From: Phoronis australis
Lineage: Eukaryota > Animalia > Phoronida
Direction of reading: 5' to 3'
Assembly (NCBI GenBank): GCA_002633005.1
Contig: NMRA01000201.1
Location: 9,722-73,721 of the forward strand
Length of the DNA: 64,000 nt
Within the stretch, counting starts at the first letter, position 1. Each line of letters opens with the position of its first letter. The notes below the pieces were generated by a model that was not told the origin of the DNA, did not search any database, and saw only the letters and a program-made list of their open reading frames with translations. Below, one piece after another: positions 60,301 to 64,000 of the stretch. Both the position numbers and the translations under genes were made by a program.

Positions 60301-62617
60301 ATGGTAAATGTTTGCTGCAACAATGTCACGTGACATGTTATTTTGGTGTCATCTGAGCAGTCACAAGTATCTTAACTCCAAATTCAATCTTTCTTCTAGG
60401 ATATCATATTTTTTATAATTCCTGTTCAAAATACAGTACACGTCGAAAGTATACAGTCAAAATAGCAAGAATTTGCAGATCAACATTGGTCTATCAGATG
60501 ATTTGAATCAGCAATCTTTTATGTCATATCAGGTTTTATTGTTCGAATTGGCTGTCTGCTCAGTAGACATTGTGGGGAGTGTATGTCTCCGTTATTGTGA
60601 ATGCCTATCATCTCAAGAATTCACCTCTATGCATAAATTGTCAAGTAGGCCATTTTGGGAACCTATTTCAGTCCCAACTGAGACTGAAGATTGTTTATCA
60701 GTTTTCTCCAGACTATCTCTCTTTAATTCATTTTTACCAGTTAAGAATGCATGTTACATGTTATGTCAATTGAAAAATACTGTGAAAATATAAACGTGAT
60801 ACATTAGAGCCCAACATGTGGTCCCTAAGTTGATAAAAATATCAGCGTTATTCACTTCGGCAGCCATTTTGTTGATGCACCTGTCCCGGCACCTGAGTTA
60901 GAAAATTGAAAATTAGGTAATATATGTCGTTTGTTTTGAAAAAGCATTATTTGAAAACAAGTGTTTACCAAACTGGTTTGCATTTAAATTCATTTCATGA
61001 AATTGTAATCAAAATGAAGTTGAGGGAAAAGCTTTGCTAGCGCAACTACAGCAGACGTTTCTGTTTCTCTGGAGTCATGTGCCTCTCATAGTAATTTAAA
61101 CCAGGTGTGATTGTGTTGTGATTTGTAGAAAATCGACTGCAAGAGAATGGAAAGGAACTACAACATAGCCCAGGAGTTGTCCAACTTGGTGGTATATTTT
61201 AGGACAGCCCACTCGCAGCAGCTCATGCCTGATGGTAGGTTATGCAACATGACTATTGCCTTTTGACATCCTGTTTCACTCAACACGACTATTGCCTTTT
61301 GACATCCTGTTTCACACAACGTGACTATTGCCTTTTGACATCCTGTTTCACACAACATGACTATTGCCTTTTGACATCCTGTTTCACACAACGTGACTAT
61401 TGCCTTTTGACATCCTGTTTCACTCAACACGACTATTGCCTTTTGACATCCTGTTTCACACAACATGACTATTGCCTTTTGACATCCTGTTTCACACAAC
61501 ATGACTATTGCCGCCTTTTGACATCATGTTTCACACAACATGACTATTGCCTTTTGACATCTGTTTCACACAACGGCAAGTGTCAAATGTTTTGATTTAG
61601 TTTTGTGTTCCTCTTAAAAATTGAGTTGTGTAATAAAACAAGTTAACACTTCTGTTTTTTGTGGTTGTGGTGCGGAGATCATAGGGGTTAGTTTTGACTT
61701 TAATGAATCACTACTTTGATGTTCGCTATTTTTTATTCATTGTGCTTGATGTATGCTTCAAATAATTACTAAACTTGAATTTCTTTGCCACTCGGGAACA
61801 ACGATTGTTTTTCAACAAATTTTTTTTGGTTGTTAAGAGAAGTTGAGGAATGATTGGTAATGAAGCTTGAAACTTGGGACTGAAGTCAGGGTGTATGAAA
61901 TGTGTCCTAGATTGCTTGTGTCATGATTAAGCGTTGTCGGCATATTTCCTGTTTTCCTGTTCCTAGGTTTACCAGGCCCGTACTATGAAATGATGTCATT
62001 TCCGGAAACCAGGGCAGAGCGATTGGTTTCTAAACTAAAGGCCAAGAAGTTCTTGCAATATCCTTTGAACAATTTACCATGTTCTTAAAGGGCATTCTGT
62101 AGTGAGGTGCTAATAAACAGTACTTAGTGGTTGTGAAATGTACCAGTATTGATGGAATGACGAAAGCTCATTGTACTGACTATTTACGGCCACATGTTTC
62201 TTATAGTCACCAGCCGATCATGATAACTTTACCTTGTCTGCTGATTATTTCACACACTGCTTTACTTCCGACAACTGTATGTCAAGTTGATAAAGTCAAA
62301 ATATTTCCTTTATTTGATGAAAGTGTCAGGTATTTTTTCAGTTCTGTTGAGAGCAACTTTGCCCAGAGGGCGCCGTAATTGCTTCGGTTTTCATTAAAGG
62401 TGTAAAATACATAAAACTGAGTTGTTTACACTATCTTGTATCTTTGTTTTGTTATCAAGATCATGTTATGTCTTTTTCTTAACCATGTTCACATACAACC
62501 ACCACCAGTTTAGTCGAGTCTACCCAAAAGGTCAAAGGTTAGACTCATCGAACTACGACCCCATGCCCATGTGGAACTGTGGTAGCCAGCTCATAGCTCT
62601 CAATTACCAAACTCCAG
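12192..62617 (+). CDS. PLCG1: Phospholipase C-gamma (PLCG1/PLCG2 ortholog), multi-exon; 3' end (rest of Y-box, C2) lies beyond the window
   Basis: 26 exon positions join in frame. Motifs: PH ([10 protein letters not shown]), X-box ([27 protein letters not shown]), two SH2, SH3 (ALYDY...WWRGDYGG...WFPSNYV), split PH, Y-box ([17 protein letters not shown]). Confidence 0.96.
12954..13886. mobile_element. Non-autonomous DNA transposon with 5-bp TSD (hAT5-like)
   Basis: CAGTGGCGGATCTAGG...CCTAAATCCGCCTATG termini; CCCTA on both sides. Confidence 0.7.
13191..13260 (-). pseudogene. tRNA-derived sequence (SINE head or tRNA pseudogene)
   Basis: Minus strand reads GTGGTGGAGCAGTGGTAAAG (A box)...GTGAGTTCGAGTC (B box) at tRNA-like spacing; acceptor stem not intact. 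Confidence 0.6.
14095..15647. mobile_element. Non-autonomous hAT-like DNA transposon with 5-bp TSD
   Basis: TIRs CAGGGCTCGACATTAG / TTAATGTCGAGTCCTG; CAGTG on both sides; repeated subterminal GGACAA motifs. Confidence 0.8.
15715..16793. mobile_element. TTAA-TSD non-autonomous element (Kolobok-like)
   Basis: TTAA|GGTTGTCTCAAAC...GTATGAGATAACC|TTAA; contains a (TAA)n microsatellite at about 16615-16654. Confidence 0.7.
18160..20268. mobile_element. DNA transposon remnant with GGGCAATTCC termini (Sola-like, tentative)
   Basis: GGGCAATTCC...GGAATTGCCC; flanks AGTT/AATT; TACGTCCGTCAC-like motif repeated near both ends. Confidence 0.6.
23880..25225 (-). mobile_element. Decayed non-LTR retrotransposon (LINE) reverse-transcriptase fragment
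   Basis: ORF 24875-25225 [18 protein letters not shown]...[12 protein letters not shown], followed by a frameshifted GVRQ-like RT motif near 24810; left boundary approximate. Confidence 0.85.
25272..25434. mobile_element. Short MITE of the CAG(G/T)GGCGGATC family
   Basis: TAGGGGTGGATCCAG...TGAATCTGCCACTG termini; related to the elements at 12954 and 45702. Confidence 0.6.
26255..26780 (+). repeat. Dispersed ~500-bp repeat family copy (others at about 34050, 41525, 47090, 53400 reverse, 58930)
   Basis: Shared consensus resembling AACTTTGGAACATCATATCTCAGAAATGGCTGATCGGATTC...CTTTCAGAAAA. Confidence 0.75.
31132..31281 (+). CDS. PLCG1: PLC-gamma exon 2 ([20 protein letters not shown]...[18 protein letters not shown])
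   Basis: TTTACAG/GTCAGT, 150 nt, phase 1-1. Confidence 0.95.
32167..32260 (+). CDS. PLCG1: PLC-gamma exon 3 ([31 protein letters not shown])
   Basis: ACACAG/GTGAGT, 94 nt, phase 1-2. Confidence 0.9.
33443..33950. mobile_element. PIF/Harbinger-like MITE
   Basis: TIRs AGACCATTTCATACTGAC / GTTAGTATGAAAGGGCCT; 3-bp A/T-rich flanks; repeated AAGTTAAC..CGTTCATAC motifs. Confidence 0.6.
35912..36094. mobile_element. Small element with 41-bp perfect inverted repeats enclosing a hammerhead motif (Penelope-derived)
   Basis: AAGAATCAATAAATCTATTACTGGACTTACGGTACGTGGAA (35915-35955) and its exact reverse complement (36051-36091). Confidence 0.75.
35955..35996 (-). ncRNA. Minimal type-I hammerhead ribozyme motif (one core substitution)
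   Basis: AGUGGC-CUGAUGA-A-GUCCU(GAGG)AGGAC-GCAA-CGUA-GCCAUU: stems I and II pair; ACGU palindromic stem III; GAAA reads GCAA. Confidence 0.7.
36822..36869 (+). CDS. PLCG1: PLC-gamma exon 4 ([15 protein letters not shown])
   Basis: TTTTAG/GTACGT, 48 nt. Confidence 0.9.
37571..37652 (+). CDS. PLCG1: PLC-gamma exon 5 ([27 protein letters not shown]), EF region
   Basis: TTGTAG/GTAAGG, 82 nt, phase 2-0. Confidence 0.9.
38781..38858 (+). CDS. PLCG1: PLC-gamma exon 6 ([26 protein letters not shown])
   Basis: TTTCAG/GTAATT, 78 nt. Confidence 0.88.
39515..39706 (+). CDS. PLCG1: PLC-gamma exon 7 (VYSEHF...[11 protein letters not shown]...FLDDPFR...FTHQE)
   Basis: TTCCAG/GTAATA, 192 nt. Confidence 0.92.
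40457..40572 (+). CDS. PLCG1: PLC-gamma exon 8 ([14 protein letters not shown]...[17 protein letters not shown])
   Basis: TTTCAG/GTATGT, 116 nt; X-box start with catalytic His. Confidence 0.96.
40607..40714. repeat. Perfect 12-bp minisatellite (GTCTGTAAGACA) x9
   Basis: Read directly; produces the spurious CKTV/TDCL ORF repeats. Confidence 0.97.
41357..41442 (+). CDS. PLCG1: PLC-gamma exon 9 ([28 protein letters not shown])
   Basis: CCGTAG/GTGAGT, 86 nt. Confidence 0.96.
41525..41975 (+). repeat. Dispersed repeat family copy (same family as 26255)
   Basis: AACTTCGGAACATCTTATCTCAGAAATGGCTGATC... Confidence 0.7.
42501..42621 (+). CDS. PLCG1: PLC-gamma exon 10 ([39 protein letters not shown])
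   Basis: TGATAG/GTAAGT, 121 nt. Confidence 0.96.
43412..43497 (+). CDS. PLCG1: PLC-gamma exon 11 ([28 protein letters not shown])
   Basis: TATCAG/GTTTGC, 86 nt. Confidence 0.95.
44373..44455 (+). CDS. PLCG1: PLC-gamma exon 12 ([27 protein letters not shown])
   Basis: TTGCAG/GTAGGC, 83 nt. Confidence 0.95.
44802..44842 (+). ncRNA. Degenerate Penelope-type hammerhead motif
   Basis: CUGAGGA-U-GAUGU(UGGC)ACAUC-AAAA-CAUGUC: stem II intact, palindromic ACAUGU stem III, G12 changed to A, stem I weak. Confidence 0.45.
45275..45341 (+). CDS. PLCG1: PLC-gamma exon 13 ([22 protein letters not shown])
   Basis: TAACAG/GTAAGT, 67 nt; a same-phase GTGCGT donor lies 6 nt upstream. Confidence 0.85.
45702..45861. 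mobile_element. Short MITE with 5-bp TSD (hAT5-like)
   Basis: CATAAGCGGATCCAGG...CCTGGATACACCCCTG; TAGGT on both sides. Confidence 0.75.
46101..46174 (+). CDS. PLCG1: PLC-gamma exon 14 ([24 protein letters not shown]), split-PH N part
   Basis: CTTCAG/GTGAGT, 74 nt. Confidence 0.93.
46618..46743 (+). CDS. PLCG1: PLC-gamma exon 15 ([19 protein letters not shown]...SSEE)
   Basis: CACCAG/GTAGAC, 126 nt. Confidence 0.93.
47090..47545 (+). repeat. Dispersed repeat family copy (same family as 26255)
   Basis: AACTTCAGAACATCATATCTCACAAATGGCTGATCGGATTC...; explains ORF 47155-47523. Confidence 0.75.
47715..47884 (+). CDS. PLCG1: PLC-gamma exon 16, nSH2 first half ([10 protein letters not shown]...[19 protein letters not shown])
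   Basis: GTCCAG/GTGAGT, 170 nt; FLVRES motif. Confidence 0.96.
48548..48943. repeat. 66-bp minisatellite x6
   Basis: GTGACAATATGGTTGGGTTAAGAGTCACTATATGCTCATTTTACCTCTGAATTGCTTCTTTCACTA. Confidence 0.97.
50290..50493 (+). CDS. PLCG1: PLC-gamma exon 17, nSH2 second half ([13 protein letters not shown]...[17 protein letters not shown]...[12 protein letters not shown])
   Basis: TTGAAG/GTGAGT, 204 nt, phase 2-2. Confidence 0.92.
51205..51327 (+). CDS. PLCG1: PLC-gamma exon 18a, cSH2 first half, alternative copy A ([41 protein letters not shown])
   Basis: TTTTAG/GTGATG, 123 nt, phase 2-2, no stop; paralogous to 18b. Confidence 0.9.
52141..52275 (+). CDS. PLCG1: PLC-gamma exon 18b, cSH2 first half, alternative copy B ([45 protein letters not shown])
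   Basis: TGGCAG/GTAACA, 135 nt, phase 2-2, no stop; paralogous to 18a. Confidence 0.9.
52500..52692. repeat. 46-bp minisatellite x4
   Basis: GTAAAATTTTGTTTAATACTAAACCATTCCAGAGTCATCTAATGAT. Confidence 0.95.
54408..54585 (+). CDS. PLCG1: PLC-gamma exon 19, cSH2 second half ([15 protein letters not shown]...[27 protein letters not shown])
   Basis: TTCTAG/GTGAGC, 178 nt, phase 2-0. Confidence 0.96.
55030..55098 (+). CDS. PLCG1: PLC-gamma exon 20a, cSH2-SH3 linker copy A ([23 protein letters not shown])
   Basis: ATTTAG/GTAAAA, 69 nt, phase 0-0; aligns with human EPDYGALY775EGRNPGFY783VEANP. Confidence 0.88.
55559..55701. repeat. 46-bp minisatellite x3
   Basis: AATTCAATATGCCTTGCTTGACGACTGTGACTTCTAAGTGTTTCCC. 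Confidence 0.96.
55898..55963 (+). CDS. PLCG1: PLC-gamma exon 20b, cSH2-SH3 linker copy B ([22 protein letters not shown])
   Basis: ACTAAC branch point, strong pyrimidine tract, CCAG acceptor, GTAGTT donor, 66 nt, phase 0-0; paralogous to 20a. Confidence 0.85.
56165..56352 (+). repeat. Second dispersed repeat family copy (others at about 27130, 34741, 57262)
   Basis: Shared CAAYATGKCCGACA...TTTTGTCAAATTT...TTTTGTGCAAAATAA..GAATTACC; old and diverged. Confidence 0.55.
58364..58467 (+). CDS. PLCG1: PLC-gamma exon 21, SH3 ([35 protein letters not shown])
   Basis: TTACAG/GTAAGC, 104 nt. Confidence 0.96.
58930..59445 (+). repeat. Dispersed repeat family copy (same family as 26255)
   Basis: CATCATAACTCAGAAACAGCTGATCAGATTCATATGAAAC...ACATGGTCACATG. 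Confidence 0.7.
59520..59665 (+). CDS. PLCG1: PLC-gamma exon 22 ([20 protein letters not shown]...[17 protein letters not shown])
   Basis: TTACAG/GTAGGT, 146 nt. Confidence 0.95.
60152..60303 (+). CDS. PLCG1: PLC-gamma exon 23, split-PH C part (...YVFRII...[21 protein letters not shown]...)
   Basis: CTGCAG/GTAAAT, 152 nt. Confidence 0.93.
61129..61234 (+). CDS. PLCG1: PLC-gamma exon 24, Y-box start ([35 protein letters not shown])
   Basis: TTGTAG/GTAGGT, 106 nt. Confidence 0.92.
61245..61574. repeat. 36-bp minisatellite x9 immediately after the exon 24 donor
   Basis: CAACATGACTATTGCCTTTTGACATCCTGTTTCACA; produces the [15 protein letters not shown] repeats. Confidence 0.97.
61967..62057 (+). 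CDS. PLCG1: PLC-gamma exon 25 ([30 protein letters not shown])
   Basis: TCCTAG acceptor; ends at the U12-type ATATCCTTT donor. Confidence 0.9.
62058..62492 (+). other. U12-type (minor spliceosome) AT-AC intron
   Basis: 5'ss ATATCCTTTG; branch site TTTTCTTAAC at 62474-62483; terminal AC at 62491-62492; removal restores [18 protein letters not shown]. Confidence 0.93.
62493..62617 (+). CDS. PLCG1: PLC-gamma exon 26 ([41 protein letters not shown])
   Basis: AC acceptor (U12), GTTAGA donor, 125 nt; Y-box signature. Confidence 0.94.
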
Positions 62618-62896
62618 GTTAGAAACTTAACTATACCAGTCTTGTTATTTAGTTTCTTCTCCCTATCAAATTGCTGAATTTTAATTGCTTTCAATTTGTT
62701 ACAAGTCTCCAATGGGGCTTCCCCGGATTACACAGCGACACTAAAATCTAGCTCTATTTACCCACAATGCTGTCAGGCATATTAATTGCTGCCTCATTTT
62801 CTTGCTACTGGAGTTTCACATGTTGATGTCTGATTCTTTACAAGTTTTTCACAGTTGCATTACTGTATTCGTCCTTCCAATGTCAACGGAGTATTA

Positions 62897-64000
62897 CCGT
62901 ATTCGCCGTTATAACCCCCTTGCCGCTATAAGCGCCCCCCCACGCGTTTTCAGACTTTGCTGAAATAAGCGCCCAGTCCATGAACGCGTACATGCAAACA
63001 ATGACGTACCTACAGTCCTAAAACTTGGCTACAGTAACGTCTTCAATTTATCAAAAAAATGTTTGCACGGGTCTTCGAGACCACCAGTGGCACTGCTACG
63101 TTTGTATTTAGCCGTGACTTTACACTTCAAAGTAACGCAGCGCTTCAAAAAGAACGCAACAGCGTTGCTACGCTCTCGTGACAACCGTGTCCCACTATGG
63201 TCTGACCTTTCAGTAGACACATCGACTGTCTCATGAATAAAAATAACTCGGGTGTTAAACGCACGTGGCCAGGAAGCGCGCGCGCTACATACATGAACCT
63301 GTTATCAAAGACATTAGTCGGGAACTATCCATTCATGAAACGGGTATCATAGCATTGATAAGAAATGAATATTGGCACTAATTTCCGACAATTTCTAATA
63401 CTATAAAATGTGTTTGCGTTATTTTTGAGATGGATTGTTTGATTAACCATAATTGGTGTTTTTAAGCCGAATATCCGATAAAATGACAACTGACAGTGAA
63501 TGCTTACACACCCTTACACCGAAAAATAACTGTCAGTTAAGTTACGTATGGATCCAGCTACACGGCGACTAATTTGGGCCTTACCGAGACAAATGCAAAG
63601 TTTTTAGCACGAGACAGGCAAGTGCTGAATGAAACACGCTCTGGTTTAGGCCTATTGCTTGTGCAAATTTCTTTAGACACATCTAGCTAGTTAGATTGCG
63701 TGGCTCTGGCCAAAAGACGGTCTCTGCTTTAGCAAATGAACTCTTGTGACACGCACGCGCTTGCTTACTCGCAGACGAACTTCAAAACAAACGTCACGTG
63801 ACAACAACACGTGTGTTCGTCCAGACATTTTTCTCGCCGTGTTGCCGATCATACATGTAGATGGCACGGTCTTGCACAGATTTGTACTTAAACCTGCCGT
63901 TAATCCAGACTCCACGGAAACTAAAAAAATCTCAGAGACGCTACTTATAAAACTTAACAAGGATTTCAGGTAATTTGCTCGAGTCGAAACCATTTTTATT
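62897..64000. mobile_element. Probable Tc1/mariner(pogo)-like element, right end outside the window
   Basis: TA|CCGTATT start with repeated ATAAGCGCCC subterminal motifs; CpG-rich relative to flanks; second TIR not seen. Confidence 0.45.

Noticed and set aside
61158-61595. ORFs with 12-aa repeats on both strands
   Set aside because: Translation of a 36-bp minisatellite in the intron after exon 24.

Overview
AT-rich, intron-rich animal genomic DNA (an invertebrate, judging by protein divergence and repeat content; species not determinable). Two genes lie head-to-head. UBA2/SAE2 (SUMO E1 subunit) is on the minus strand: ATG at 9324, 7 exons, running off the left edge. A phospholipase C-gamma is on the plus strand: ATG at 12192, PH-EF-X-spPH-nSH2-cSH2-SH3-spPH-Y order, running off the right edge. 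I assembled both exon chains by hand and the splice phases are consistent. The main signal is in the PLC-gamma regulatory array, which has two pairs of duplicated, probably mutually exclusive exons. One pair encodes the phosphotyrosine-binding half of cSH2 (51205-51327 vs 52141-52275). The other encodes the linker carrying the activating Y783-equivalent tyrosine that cSH2 binds (55030-55098 vs 55898-55963). Both inter-exon introns contain long-range complementary stems and clustered (U)GCAUG/ACUAAC motifs, suggesting a co-regulated lock-and-key splicing switch. Also present: an AT-AC U12-type intron in the Y-box, a candidate alternative first exon, Penelope-type hammerhead ribozyme motifs, many non-autonomous DNA transposons (TTAA-TSD Kolobok-like, 5-bp-TSD hAT-like, fold-back elements), a decayed LINE and several minisatellites. 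Splicing is inferred from sequence only; no transcript data were available.
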